Source: an uncultured Verrucomicrobiae bacterium
Lineage (GTDB): Bacteria > Verrucomicrobiota > Verrucomicrobiia > Chthoniobacterales > JAFAMB01
DNA length: 64,000 nt
NCBI GenBank assembly: GCA_963762565.1
Contig: CAVXLD010000013.1
Span: 104,721 to 168,720 of the forward strand
Direction of reading: 5' to 3'
Every line of letters starts with the position of its first letter. The first letter of the stretch is position 1. The translations under genes were made by a program, and so were the position numbers. The notes beneath the pieces were generated by a model. The model worked only from the letters and a program-made list of their open reading frames with translations, was not told the origin of the DNA and searched no databases. Of this stretch, positions 9,050-18,762 are shown piece by piece.

Positions 9050-11236
9050 CTACTGCACGAGCACTACGATCGAGCGTGGTCCCACAGTGTATTGAGTGCC
9101 GAAGACCTGCTGTTCTTGGCCAGGTTCACACAGGTCGAGTGGAGAGTTTTGGCCGGTGTCGATGACCCGATACCACGGCTTGTATGAGCCATCAATAATA
9201 GTGAATAACAACGGCTCGGTGAAAGCGTTGATCATCACGTACAGATCTTGATCACCCAAGCTTCCCCCTTTCAAATGATAGGCGAGGCTGTGTGAATTGT
9301 AGGAAAGATCAGCCGCCGGGCCTACTCCGCGCCAACGGATGTCATCTCGCCAGAACCGGCTCCGACAGATGCTCGGGTGGGCTTTACGGAATGCGATCAT
9401 CAGCCGGCAAAAACGGAAGAAACCGGCGTTTTCATCCAGTCGCTTCCAATTCAACCAAGCCGTCGCGTTATCCTGATTGTAGGGGTTGTTATTTCCGCCT
9501 TGGCTGTGCAAAAACTCGTCTCCGGCCATGAACATGGGAAGGCCGTTGGAAAGCATTAGAAGGCAGAACAGATTCTTCGCCTGACGCTGTCGCAGAGCGG
9601 CAATTTCCGGGGCCAGACCTTGATCACCTTCTATCCCACAATTCCAGCTGAAATTATTAGGGGTTCCATCCTCGTTATCGAGACCGTTCGCCTGGTTGTG
9701 CCGCTCGTTGTACGACACCAAATCGTAGAGCGTGAACCCGTCATGGGAGATCACGTAATTGATGCTGTAGAACGGTCGCCGAGCTTCTTCGATCCGGTCG
9801 GGAAAGAGATCGTCGCTGCCATAAAGCCGTTGCATCAGCTTTGGCACCATGCCAGCGTCACCACGCACAAACCGGCGCACATCATCTCGAAACTGGCCGT
9901 TCCATTGATGCCAAAACATTCCCGGGAAACCGGTCCCTAATTGATACGCGCCGGCTGCATCCCAAGGTTCAGCAATTAGGCGGGTGTCCGCGAGGATCGG
10001 ATCCGTGCGGATGGCCGAAAGCAGGGGAGGATCTTCTAGGTCGATGGAACCATCCTCAGATCGAGTTAGGATCGAGGCCAAGTCGAACCGGAACCCATCG
10101 ACTTGCATCTCGGTGGCCCAATAACGCAAGCTATCAAGAATCAGATTCCGGACGAACGGATCACTAACGTCGAGGGTATTTCCAGTCCCGGAAAAGTTGG
10201 CGTACGGCTGCGCCGGATCCTGCGTCATCAGATAGAAGCTCGCATTATCGATCCCTTTGAAAGAATATTTCGGCCCGGTGTGATTTGCTTCGGCGGTGTG
10301 GTTATAAACAACGTCCAAAATGACCTCGATATCGGCGGCGTGCAGAGCAGATACCAACTCTTTGAACTCAGCGATAGCAGCCTGCTGGTTCGCCGCGTAG
10401 CGCAAGTGCGGGCAAAAGAAATTCAGGGTCATATAACCCCAGAAGTTATTCTCTTGCGGGTCGAACTGATGGACCGGCATTAACTCGACGATGGTGACTC
10501 CAAGATCCCGTAAATAAGGAATCTTCTCGATGAGTCCGGCGAAGGTGCCCCGCTTCTCGGCGGAGATGCCACTCGACTCGCTCTCAGTGAAGCCTCGCAC
10601 ATGTAACTCATAAATGATGGCATCGGAATAATGACGGGGTCGCCGGCATGTCGCGTCGGAGCGAAGCGAGGCTGGAACCTGTCGCGCCGTAGTCTCCGAA
10701 GGCGGAACCTGTCGCGCCATAGTCTCCGAAGGCGGAACCTGTCGCGCCGAATCTTGCGAAGGCGGTACGGTCAAACCGAGCTCGTGCCGGATCACGCCCA
10801 AAGGGGCGCATCCGGCGTTGCTGCCCGGGCAACAAGCAGCGGCGCGACTAAAAGCCGGTGGGAAGAAAACCCGCTTCGCGTAAGGATCCAGAAGAATCTT
10901 GTCCGGATCGAACGCATGCCACTGATTCGGCCCATGTGGAACGGGGCCGTCCACCCGGTAGGCGTAATACATCGCGTCCGCCAAATGCGCTTCCGGTAAC
11001 CGGCAATGCCAAACCCGTTTTGTCTTATGCGCGAGCGGGTCCAGCCAATACTCAGCCAGAGGCGTGACAAAATCGTCGGCGCCATAAAGCAAGAGCGTCA
11101 CCTCGCGAGCATTTTGCGAATACAAAGCAAAATTGAATGCTTTCTCTTCGGCGATATAGGTGACACCCAATGGCATCGGGGAGCCTTCGATGGTTGGCCA
11201 AGCAATAGTCTTCGGTTGCCAAGAATTCGGATTCAC
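9050..11236 (-). CDS. glgX: Glycogen debranching enzyme / isoamylase (GH13 with CBM48)
   Basis: YELHVRGFT, DVVYNH, DGFRFDLAS, IAEPWD and HDGFTL motifs. Confidence 0.92.
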   Translation of the reverse strand: MNPNSWQPKTIAWPTIEGSPMPLGVTYIAEEKAFNFALYSQNAREVTLLLYGADDFVTPLAEYWLDPLAHKTKRVWHCRLPEAHLADAMYYAYRVDGPVPHGPNQWHAFDPDKILLDPYAKRVFFPPAFSRAAACCPGSNAGCAPLGVIRHELGLTVPPSQDSARQVPPSETMARQVPPSETTARQVPASLRSDATCRRPRHYSDAIIYELHVRGFTESESSGISAEKRGTFAGLIEKIPYLRDLGVTIVELMPVHQFDPQENNFWGYMTLNFFCPHLRYAANQQAAIAEFKELVSALHAADIEVILDVVYNHTAEANHTGPKYSFKGIDNASFYLMTQDPAQPYANFSGTGNTLDVSDPFVRNLILDSLRYWATEMQVDGFRFDLASILTRSEDGSIDLEDPPLLSAIRTDPILADTRLIAEPWDAAGAYQLGTGFPGMFWHQWNGQFRDDVRRFVRGDAGMVPKLMQRLYGSDDLFPDRIEEARRPFYSINYVISHDGFTLYDLVSYNERHNQANGLDNEDGTPNNFSWNCGIEGDQGLAPEIAALRQRQAKNLFCLLMLSNGLPMFMAGDEFLHSQGGNNNPYNQDNATAWLNWKRLDENAGFFRFCRLMIAFRKAHPSICRSRFWRDDIRWRGVGPAADLSYNSHSLAYHLKGGSLGDQDLYVMINAFTEPLLFTIIDGSYKPWYRVIDTGQNSPLDLCEPGQEQQVFGTQYTVGPRSIVVLVQ
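10644..10765 (-). repeat. 30 nt tandem REP-like insertion in glgX (3 clear copies plus 1 degenerate)
   Basis: (GGAACCTGTCGCGCCRTAGTCTCCGAAGGC)n; encodes VPPSQDSARQ VPPSETMARQ VPPSETTARQ VPAS. Confidence 0.88.
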
Positions 11237-11265
11237 GGGCGCAAAAAAGAAACGAGGACACTAGC

Positions 11266-13392
11266 CTATGGCTTTCCATTCGCCAGGCCGAAAGTTTTCA
11301 AAATGAATGCATATTCGGCGGCGAGTTCATTTAACCGGTCGAACCGCCCGCTCTCTCCCATATGGCCGGCCCCCATATTGGTCTTCAATAGTACGAGCCT
11401 ATGCTGGTGCGTCAGGGTCCGCTGTTTCGCTACCCATTTGGCTGGTTCCCAATAGCTCACCCGGCTGTCGTTGAGACCCGCGGTAACAAACAGGTTCGGG
11501 TACGGTTTATCGACAACATTGTCGTACGGCGAGTAGGACCGGATATAGTCGAAATAGGTCGGGTCGCTGGGATTCCCCCATTCCTCGTACTCCGTCACCG
11601 TTAAGGGCAGAGAAGGATCCGACATCGTGTTTAGCACATCAACGAAGGGTACTCCGGCGACTACAGTCGTGAAAAGGTCCGGCCGCATGTTCATAACCGC
11701 GCCCATCAACAGACCGCCCGCGCTTGCGCCGGAAATCGCCAGTTTTTTGGAAGAGCCATACTTCTGCTCCACCAGATATTCGGCACACGAGATGAAGTCC
11801 GTGAAAGTGTTTTTCTTATTTAGCAGCCTCCCGGCATGGTACCAGGTTTGTCCGTACTCGCCGCCGCCGCGGATGTGAGCGAGCGCCACCACAAATCCGC
11901 GGTCCGCCAGAGAAAGGTGGCTTGAATTGAAGTCCGCATCCTCATTGAGACCATAGGCGCCATACCCGTCCAGCAGGATGGGCGCTGCCCCGTCTTTGAC
12001 CAGCCCTTTTCGATAGAATAACGAGATGGGAACTTTGGTTCCGTCGGAAGCAACCGCAAAAATGTGTTCTTCGGTGTAGTCGTCGGTCGAAAAACCTCCC
12101 AGGACCGGAGTCCGTTTCTTTATCGTCTGAGCCCCGGTCTTGAAATCAACGTCGATCACCGACCTGGGTGTGATCAACGAACTGAATTCCAACCGCAGCT
12201 GGGTTGCGTCAAAAGAGGGATTATCCCCAAAATCAACGTCGTAGGTGGGCTCTTGGAGGTCGACATAACGACTATTGCCTGACTGCAGATCGTAGATCTT
12301 GATGACCGGGAGGCCATCGCGCCGTACCAGCACCACCAGATAGTGGGCGAATGCTTCTAGTTCTTCAACTGGTTCGTTAGGGTCGTACGGCACGAAGTCA
12401 GTCCAATTCTGATGACCCGGGTCTGAGAACGGTGCGGTTACAATCTTGAAGTTCTCGGCCTGATCATTGGTGACGATGAAAAAACGATCTCCGGAATGGT
12501 CCACCTGATAAAGGATCCCTTGGCTGCGGGGGCTTAATATTCGGAACTCGCCAGCCGGTTCATCAGCCTCCAGATATTGCACCTCAGTCGTGGTCTCGCT
12601 CTCTGAGACCAGGAAAATGAACTTGCGGCTTCTCGATTTTTGAAGGCTCAGTTCGAACCGCTGATCCTTTTCCTCAAATAGCAAAGTGTCTTTCTTAGGA
12701 TCCTGTCCGAGCACATGGCGAAAGAGCTGGTACGGCCGGTTAGCGTCGTCGAGCGTAAGATAAAACAAGGTTCGACTGTCATTAGCCCACGCAATCGAAG
12801 GAGCCGTGTTTTTGATGGTGTCCGGCAAAAGCTTACCGGAAGTCAGATCCTTAACCTGTAAAACGAACTTTTCGCTGCCGCTGGTGTCAGTCGAGTAAGC
12901 CAGCAAATGCTGGTCCCGACTAACATTCAAAGCTCCAAGATGGAAATACTTCCAACCTTCGGCCAGCTGGTTCCCGTCGAGCAGGATTTCTTCAGGACCC
13001 GGTAGCGACGGCAGCCCGCTCGTCTGCGCCTTTCGACAATAGATCGTGTACTGTTTCCCGGCCTCAGTTCGGTCATAGTAATCGTACTGGTCGATTTGAT
13101 ACGGAACCGACGAATCTGCTTCTTGAATCCGGCCACGCATCTCCTGATAGAGATTCTGCTGCAAACCGGTCAGAGGCTTCATCATCGCCTCGGTGTACTG
13201 GTTCTCGGCGTTCAGATATTTCAGCGTGCCGGGATTATTTCGATCGCGTAACCAAAAGAACGGGTCGTTCCGAGTCGTCGAATTCTGCGTGATTTTATGA
13301 GGATGCTGCGGTGCTTGGGGAGGGGTTTCGGACAGAAGATTGGATTGGAGAAGCATTAGAGACGCGATGGATACAAGAAATTCACGGTACAT
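11266..13392 (-). CDS. ptrB: Oligopeptidase B (peptidase S9A) with signal peptide
   Basis: D.FFWLRD N-terminus, GASAGG nucleophile, DSRV and GAGH; likely ATG at 13392 (MYREFLVSIASL); the longer ORF call runs into repeats. Confidence 0.9.
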   Translation of the reverse strand: MYREFLVSIASLMLLQSNLLSETPPQAPQHPHKITQNSTTRNDPFFWLRDRNNPGTLKYLNAENQYTEAMMKPLTGLQQNLYQEMRGRIQEADSSVPYQIDQYDYYDRTEAGKQYTIYCRKAQTSGLPSLPGPEEILLDGNQLAEGWKYFHLGALNVSRDQHLLAYSTDTSGSEKFVLQVKDLTSGKLLPDTIKNTAPSIAWANDSRTLFYLTLDDANRPYQLFRHVLGQDPKKDTLLFEEKDQRFELSLQKSRSRKFIFLVSESETTTEVQYLEADEPAGEFRILSPRSQGILYQVDHSGDRFFIVTNDQAENFKIVTAPFSDPGHQNWTDFVPYDPNEPVEELEAFAHYLVVLVRRDGLPVIKIYDLQSGNSRYVDLQEPTYDVDFGDNPSFDATQLRLEFSSLITPRSVIDVDFKTGAQTIKKRTPVLGGFSTDDYTEEHIFAVASDGTKVPISLFYRKGLVKDGAAPILLDGYGAYGLNEDADFNSSHLSLADRGFVVALAHIRGGGEYGQTWYHAGRLLNKKNTFTDFISCAEYLVEQKYGSSKKLAISGASAGGLLMGAVMNMRPDLFTTVVAGVPFVDVLNTMSDPSLPLTVTEYEEWGNPSDPTYFDYIRSYSPYDNVVDKPYPNLFVTAGLNDSRVSYWEPAKWVAKQRTLTHQHRLVLLKTNMGAGHMGESGRFDRLNELAAEYAFILKTFGLANGKP

Positions 13393-13662
13393 GCGGGATT
13401 CAGTGCCGTAAACAGAGCCCATGCCTCGCGCAGTTGCGAGCGGCAATTGGGATTTTTGGGGAAGGGGGAGCAGGGATTGTTTTTGGTGGGCGAGGCTCCC
13501 GGAAGACCGAGAACACTTAACAGAGTTTGAGCGTTTTCCGAAGCCCAGCGCGAAGCTGGGCCGAGCCGCTGGTCTATCAGGGGAGCACGCCTGCATGCTT
13601 GGCAAATCAGGGGAACCGCCCTGAGAACATCGCAACTCTCAGGGATCGCAGGGTGCAAATCG

Positions 13663-13783
13663 GGGAGGGCGCACGTCCCCGTGCGCCGCGAGGACGTGCC
13701 AAAACCTAATGATGTTTTTCGCCCACGACTATGATACGTCCTCGGCTTCCGTAACAACGGATCGCGGGGACGCGATCCCTCCC
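13663..13783. repeat. REPIN-like doublet, GGGAGGG family, copy 2
   Basis: Same terminal palindromes as 843-964; 121 bp. Confidence 0.85.
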
Positions 13784-13788
13784 TGGCC

Positions 13789-15729
13789 CTACCGCGGCTC
13801 CTCGCCCGAACCGCCCTCCGGCTTATGCTCAAGCGGCGGCTCCACTGGCGTAAATTCAGGCTTCGGTGTCGCTGATGGTGGCTCGTTGGGAGCGGACTCT
13901 GGCTTGTGAGCAAGCGGTGGCTCGCTGGGACTGGACTCTGGCTTGTGAGCAAGCGGCGGCTCGGTGGGACCGGGTTCCGGCTGGTGAGCAAGCGGCGGCT
14001 CGCTAGGACCAGACCCAGGGGTAGGCGGCGGAGGCGTAGGTTGGGTGGGTCCAGACTCGGGGCCGTGAGCTGGCGGTGCTGGTGGTGCAGGCGGAGCGGG
14101 CGGTGGTGGAGCTGTCGGTCGAGTAGAAACGACTTGGGTGTTTGTGATTTTATCGTGCCACGTCTCACGTGCCGGATCGAAGAGCGTCCAGAAAAATCCT
14201 AGACCTAGTGGCATCAGGGATAACAAGCTGCTCAGAGCGCGCACTGCGGCGGTGCCGTAGTCGCTGGAGATTAGAGTGCCGTCGAATCGTTGGACCCGGA
14301 GACCAAGAGCGAGTTCGCCGATGGTCGCACTTCGCCAGACGTACATCCCAAAGCGATACAAAACCCAGAGCGGGAGAATTACTCGATGCACGTGGATTAA
14401 AGAAATCAGAGCAAAGATGACCAGCAAATCGATCGCATTGGCGCCCAACCGCGGCCAGAAGGGAGCGGACGGTGTTGTTCTCGCCACTGCTAACGGCGCG
14501 GCCACACGCGGAGCGGGAGCTGCCGGTTTGGTTGGTTCAACCGCGACAGGACGTTCAACCGCGGCAGGAGTGCCTGCCGGCAACTGAGCAACCGGGACCC
14601 GATTCTTATTGCGCTCAATCAAATACAAACTGAAGGATCCAAGGCCCGCCAGCAACACGATGCTGCCGGCCAGGAAGCCGATCACAGGGATACAATAAAC
14701 GATCCAGCACACCACCGCTCCCAGCCCGATCCACAACAGAGTCGGATACTTCTGGTTGCTCATTTGGGGAGCGATCCGCTGGCCGATCAGTTGAAAGACC
14801 ACGGCATTCCCCACCAGGGCCAAGGCGAAAACCGCTGCCAACACCAGAGGTATCGCCACGGCGCCGACAACGGTGATGAGCAACAGAAAACAGAGCAACG
14901 CTGCGGCCGGCACAATGGCTAAACCGCATAGAAACGAGGCGGGAGCCCGTCCCCGCAGAATGACGCCAGTATCGGCGACAGGTCTCGGAAAGAAGTGCCC
15001 TATCGCCAGACAGAGCCCCAAGATTAGCAGGGCCCAAAACCAACTAAGGAATGAATCAGGAGACATAGGTCGTAGAAAAAAGATGGTGCCGCTCAGCCAT
15101 TGACCGAGATCGATGGCTGTTCCGGTCGGTAAGAAATCGAGGTTAATACGGCTGCCGCTAACATGGAGGTCGCTGTCGTGTTCGACTGCGGAAACGACAG
15201 AACTGAAATCTCCGGTTACCACTGCGCCCTCCTTAAAGCGGGCCTTCGATGCCAATGCGACGATGTCGCCGTTAATCGTACCGCTGATTTCCGCATCGCT
15301 GCCGATCAACGCTAAATCGCCGTTGACGACACCGTCGATGCGGGCATGTCCGTGAATCACGATGACATCGCCATTGGCAGTGTCGCCGGCTCGCAAGGTG
15401 TAGGTTCTTCCTGTGATTACTTGGTCCCCGGAACGATCACCGTGGCGGATTCTGCAAAACAGGGCGTGCGGCTGGCAGGATGGGTTTAAGCCAAAGATTT
15501 GTCCAAATGTCTTGCTGGTGATGTTCCCCAGAACGTTCGCCGGTACTTGTCCGGCCAAACCGATGTCTGAGGCAAGCGTTGCACCGACCATCGGTTGGTA
15601 TAGTCGGACGGCTTCTGCCGGGGATGCCGGCGTTGATTCAGCAGCGAGGAGCGACCGAACGGTGAACGCAGCCGCTAGCAAGAGGCCAAGGCAAAGTGTG
15701 CTGCCTCGGAAACGGAATTTGGTCTTCAT
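13789..15729 (-). CDS. Membrane protein with beta-helix (bactofilin-like) N-domain, multi-TM core, RDD domain and Pro-rich tail with 13-aa repeats
   Basis: GDVIVIHG..IDG.VNGD repeats; FWPRLGANAID...WHDKI RDD motif; PSEPPLAHKPES repeats (39 nt). Confidence 0.8.
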   Translation of the reverse strand: MKTKFRFRGSTLCLGLLLAAAFTVRSLLAAESTPASPAEAVRLYQPMVGATLASDIGLAGQVPANVLGNITSKTFGQIFGLNPSCQPHALFCRIRHGDRSGDQVITGRTYTLRAGDTANGDVIVIHGHARIDGVVNGDLALIGSDAEISGTINGDIVALASKARFKEGAVVTGDFSSVVSAVEHDSDLHVSGSRINLDFLPTGTAIDLGQWLSGTIFFLRPMSPDSFLSWFWALLILGLCLAIGHFFPRPVADTGVILRGRAPASFLCGLAIVPAAALLCFLLLITVVGAVAIPLVLAAVFALALVGNAVVFQLIGQRIAPQMSNQKYPTLLWIGLGAVVCWIVYCIPVIGFLAGSIVLLAGLGSFSLYLIERNKNRVPVAQLPAGTPAAVERPVAVEPTKPAAPAPRVAAPLAVARTTPSAPFWPRLGANAIDLLVIFALISLIHVHRVILPLWVLYRFGMYVWRSATIGELALGLRVQRFDGTLISSDYGTAAVRALSSLLSLMPLGLGFFWTLFDPARETWHDKITNTQVVSTRPTAPPPPAPPAPPAPPAHGPESGPTQPTPPPPTPGSGPSEPPLAHQPEPGPTEPPLAHKPESSPSEPPLAHKPESAPNEPPSATPKPEFTPVEPPLEHKPEGGSGEEPR

Positions 15730-16154
15730 GGTCGTTTAGCAATCGCCAAATGCCGAACCGTCGACGCGGCGAAAATGCAGGTTAAATAACTAAAGCCGGC
15801 CACCAGAGCGACCAGCCATCCTAACGGCAACTGAAAGATGCGCAGATTGGTTAGAATCGTGCGCCCGACATCTAACATGTCGCCAATGACATGCAGAAAA
15901 GGGAACCGGGTTAAGAAACCAATAACCGCTCCTGCTGGGTTAAAAAGTGGCACCAACACCATCACGGCCAAAGCCAGGCCCAAACCGGAGTTCTTTATAA
16001 ATGGTAAGTGTTGCCGGAAAATCGACAGTGCCCAGCGTTGAACAGAACGTCGCTGAACTGAACGCATCACTTTCGGCAAGAGCTCGGGCGGCGCTTCCAA
16101 ATCAGGGAGACGCTTAAGCTCCTCATCTAACCAATCTTCGTTCGGTTCCTTCAT
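15726..16154 (-). CDS. Putative membrane anti-sigma factor
   Basis: LKRLPDLEAPPELLPKVM N-terminus plus two TM helices; overlaps the ECF sigma stop. Confidence 0.65.
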   Translation of the reverse strand: MKEPNEDWLDEELKRLPDLEAPPELLPKVMRSVQRRSVQRWALSIFRQHLPFIKNSGLGLALAVMVLVPLFNPAGAVIGFLTRFPFLHVIGDMLDVGRTILTNLRIFQLPLGWLVALVAGFSYLTCIFAASTVRHLAIAKRP

Positions 16155-16711
16155 GACGTTTTAACTAGAATTTTGCGGAGGCTATCGCGGCCTCGATGGA
16201 TGTCGGTCTTGACCTTAGCCAATGAGATCCCGAGCTTATCGGCGATCTCGTCATAGGACAGGTCTTGAAAATGGAAAAGTACTATGGGGACTCTTTGAGC
16301 ATCGGGCAGTTTCTGGATGGCGAGCTCAAGCATTTCGCGGCGGTCATCAGTTGGGGGATCCAGAACCGGTATCTCGACTTCTGTCTCTTCTTCCGAGAAA
16401 AACCGCCACCTCGCCCGGTAACGATTCAGATGATTAATTGATAAGTTAGTGGCGACAGTTTTGAGCCATCCGCCGACGGTGCCGCTATCTTTCAATTCAT
16501 CATACCGTTCATAAGCTTTAATAAAAACTTCTTGAGCGATATCTTGGGCATCGATCGGGTTTCCGACAATTCTTGCCGCTACCGAGAAAACCATGTTCTG
16601 GTAGTTACGGACGAACGTCTCGAACTCCTGGACTTCAGCCATTCTAGCCTCGAGACCGCTGGCATCCTGGTCATCGATTCCGATGAGCGGCAAGGGCGCG
16701 GCGTTTACCAT
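16151..16711 (-). CDS. ECF RNA polymerase sigma factor
   Basis: DAQDIAQEVFIKAY, WL and region 4 LSYDEIA..LGISLAKVKTDIHRGR. Confidence 0.92.
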   Translation of the reverse strand: MVNAAPLPLIGIDDQDASGLEARMAEVQEFETFVRNYQNMVFSVAARIVGNPIDAQDIAQEVFIKAYERYDELKDSGTVGGWLKTVATNLSINHLNRYRARWRFFSEEETEVEIPVLDPPTDDRREMLELAIQKLPDAQRVPIVLFHFQDLSYDEIADKLGISLAKVKTDIHRGRDSLRKILVKTS

Positions 16712-16746
16712 TGAACTGCATGGGCCTAAAGGGAGGCCGGTTAAAG

Positions 16747-16929
16747 TTAGTAGACCTTAAGAAAGCCGAGTTGGCCAATGCATTCGACCGTGGCGGCTAA
16801 CGTCCAAACTCCCAGCCAAAGAGCCAGGAACCAGTCGGCCCGTTCAGCCCACAGTAGAGTTGCGGTGCGTAAAGCTAATCGCGAGGTCGTTGATGTCCTC
16901 GGTGGGAAATCGATGATTTTGGTTTGCAT
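16747..16929 (-). CDS. 60-aa small membrane protein leading the ECF operon
   Basis: AAGGAG RBS before ATG (MQTKIIDFPPR); one C-terminal hydrophobic helix. Confidence 0.6.
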   Translation of the reverse strand: MQTKIIDFPPRTSTTSRLALRTATLLWAERADWFLALWLGVWTLAATVECIGQLGFLKVY

Positions 16930-16964
16930 TTTCTCTCCTTTGAAAAGTTCGGTTTCATTGGCAG

Positions 16965-16991
16965 TACACGGTGTTGCGCGGAAAAGTTGCA
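16965..16991 (-). promoter_or_regulatory. Candidate ECF-sigma promoter
   Basis: TGCAAC-N15-CGTGTA (AAC/CGT signature) directly upstream of the ECF operon. Confidence 0.5.
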
Positions 16992-17264
16992 AAAAGTGGA
17001 GCGCGCCTCGCTTGCGAGGCCGACCGGTCGGGGCCAAATGACCGAAGGGGCCAAGAGAAAACGTGTGGGCGTGTCGGCGAGCGCTTGGGCGCTGCCTTCG
17101 AATGGGATCCGCCTTCGCCAAGCCTTCGGCGCGACGGGCCCTATGGGACTTATAGGACCTATGTGATCTGATACGTGCCTCCTGTGAGTCCAATCGGTTT
17201 TGCCACACCCACAGTTCCCAACTCCTAGCTCTTAGATTCTAGCTCCTGGCTCCTATTCTTTAAT

Positions 17265-17293
17265 TTGACGTCCCACCCCTCCCGGAATACTCT
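17265..17293 (+). promoter_or_regulatory. Sigma70-type promoter for tRNA-Ser
   Basis: TTGACG-N17-TACTCT ending 14 nt before the tRNA. Confidence 0.55.
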
Positions 17294-17307
17294 GGCGACT
17301 CGTGCTT

Positions 17308-17395
17308 GGTGAGGTGGCTGAGCGGTCGAAAGCGGCGCTTTGCTAAAGCGTTGTACCTCAAAAGGGTACCGAGGGTTCGAATCCCTCCCTCACCG
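17308..17395 (+). tRNA. tRNA-Ser (GCT), CCA not encoded
   Basis: GGTGAGG/CCTCACC acceptor stem, anticodon loop TTGCTAA, long variable arm, GGTTCGAATCC T-arm. Confidence 0.96.
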
Positions 17396-17531
17396 TTCTG
17401 AACTTCGTACTCGTTCTCGTCGTCGTCCTCGTCCTCGAAAAACGTGCCGTAGCGCGTCGCGTTAATCCTCCGAGCGGGAACGCAAAGCCCCTTACCCGGA
17501 GGGGAGCCGCTTGCAGCGAACAGATCGAGCT

Positions 17532-17623
17532 AACGCCAAACGCCAAACGCCAAACAAACGCCAAACGCCGAACGCCGAACGCCAAACGCCAAACGCCAAA
17601 CGCCGAACGCCAAACGCCAAACG
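17532..17623. repeat. Heptamer tandem array (AACGCCR)n, about 13 units
   Basis: Read directly; abuts the stop of the adjacent minus-strand gene. Confidence 0.92.
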
Positions 17624-17624
17624 T

Positions 17625-18758
17625 TCACCAGCCGCGAATCTTCTCCCACTCAACCAAGCCGTCGCCGCGATCAACATGGTATCGATCGAATGGTGCAACC
17701 GTCATACAAGCGTGATTCGGCAGCACGCGCACTTTGGTGCCGATGGGAAGGAAATCCCAGGGTAGTTCGCCCTCAGCGGCAGCAATCATGCCATGTTCCT
17801 GGGCGACGTCGGCGACGTACAAATGTGAAGCTGGCAATGCCGCGCCGCGGAATGGCCGGACTAAACCGTAGCCAACGTTTTTCGTAAACTCGGAAGCACT
17901 CAAATCTTTGGAGAGTGCCAGGGCGCCTGCATCGATCAGGACTCGGCTTCTCCGCTGGTTGTGACCGATTACGGTGGCTACGACCGAGACCGCGATGTCG
18001 TCTTCAGTACAAACACCTAGGCCAACCTGGTCTAGATCGAAGAACGTATAAACACCAGGCCGCATTTCGGTGACACCGTCTAATCGTTCCGCGAACACCA
18101 TCGTTGGAGTGGAACCGACGCTCACCGTCTCGCATGGCATTCCGGCTGCCCTAATCCGTTGAGCCGCCTGAACCACACCCGACCGTTCCTGTTCTGCGAT
18201 ATGCCGGATCTCGTCAACGCTGTGAGCACGGTAACTGTGTCCAGCGTGACTTAGCACGCCGGCGAGTTTAAGGGACTTAGATTCAGCAACGGCCTTTGCG
18301 ACTGCTAACAATGCCGAACCATCGGGATCAACGCCGGCTCGACCGCCGCCGGTATCGATCTCAACAAACACTGAGAAAGCGGAATGTTCTTTTGCTGCGG
18401 CAAACGACGCCGCGGTTGCCGTTGCCACATTATCCAGAATTAAATTGATCGTCGCGTCGTGTTTTCGCTGGATCGCTGCAAGCGCAGGAATCTTGTCCGG
18501 CGCGATCCCCACCCCATAGGTCAAATCCCTGAATTGATGCGCCGCAAAGTAAGCCGCCTCGGCAATCGTCGAAACGGTGATGCCGCCGAACTGTCCTCGA
18601 GTCGCGATTGCTCCGACCTCAGTAGATTTTGCTGTCTTGAGGTGTGGCCGTAACCGGACTCCGTGACGTTTGGCCCGTTCAGCCATGGCAGCGCAGTTGC
18701 GCTCAAGCACTGCCAGATCAAGAACCAAAGAAGGTGTTTCCAGTTCGTCGATGCGCAC
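17625..18758 (-). CDS. PLP-dependent D-threonine aldolase / D-serine dehydratase (DSD1) family enzyme
   Basis: LRPHLKTAK, HAGHSY, GSTPT, RPGVY, QEHG and PNHAC motifs; likely GTG start at 18758. Confidence 0.88.
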   Translation of the reverse strand: MRIDELETPSLVLDLAVLERNCAAMAERAKRHGVRLRPHLKTAKSTEVGAIATRGQFGGITVSTIAEAAYFAAHQFRDLTYGVGIAPDKIPALAAIQRKHDATINLILDNVATATAASFAAAKEHSAFSVFVEIDTGGGRAGVDPDGSALLAVAKAVAESKSLKLAGVLSHAGHSYRAHSVDEIRHIAEQERSGVVQAAQRIRAAGMPCETVSVGSTPTMVFAERLDGVTEMRPGVYTFFDLDQVGLGVCTEDDIAVSVVATVIGHNQRRSRVLIDAGALALSKDLSASEFTKNVGYGLVRPFRGAALPASHLYVADVAQEHGMIAAAEGELPWDFLPIGTKVRVLPNHACMTVAPFDRYHVDRGDGLVEWEKIRGW

Positions 18759-18762
18759 GGAT

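Noticed and set aside
10674..10765. CRISPR array
   Set aside because: The 30-nt units are head-to-tail with no unique spacers and lie inside a CDS; no cas genes
13356..14168. 270-aa alternative-frame ORF and other long overlapping ORFs (25336-26196, 59930-60853, ORFs over repeats)
   Set aside because: Shadow frames of GC-rich real genes or translations of REP/MITE sequence, with no protein motifs
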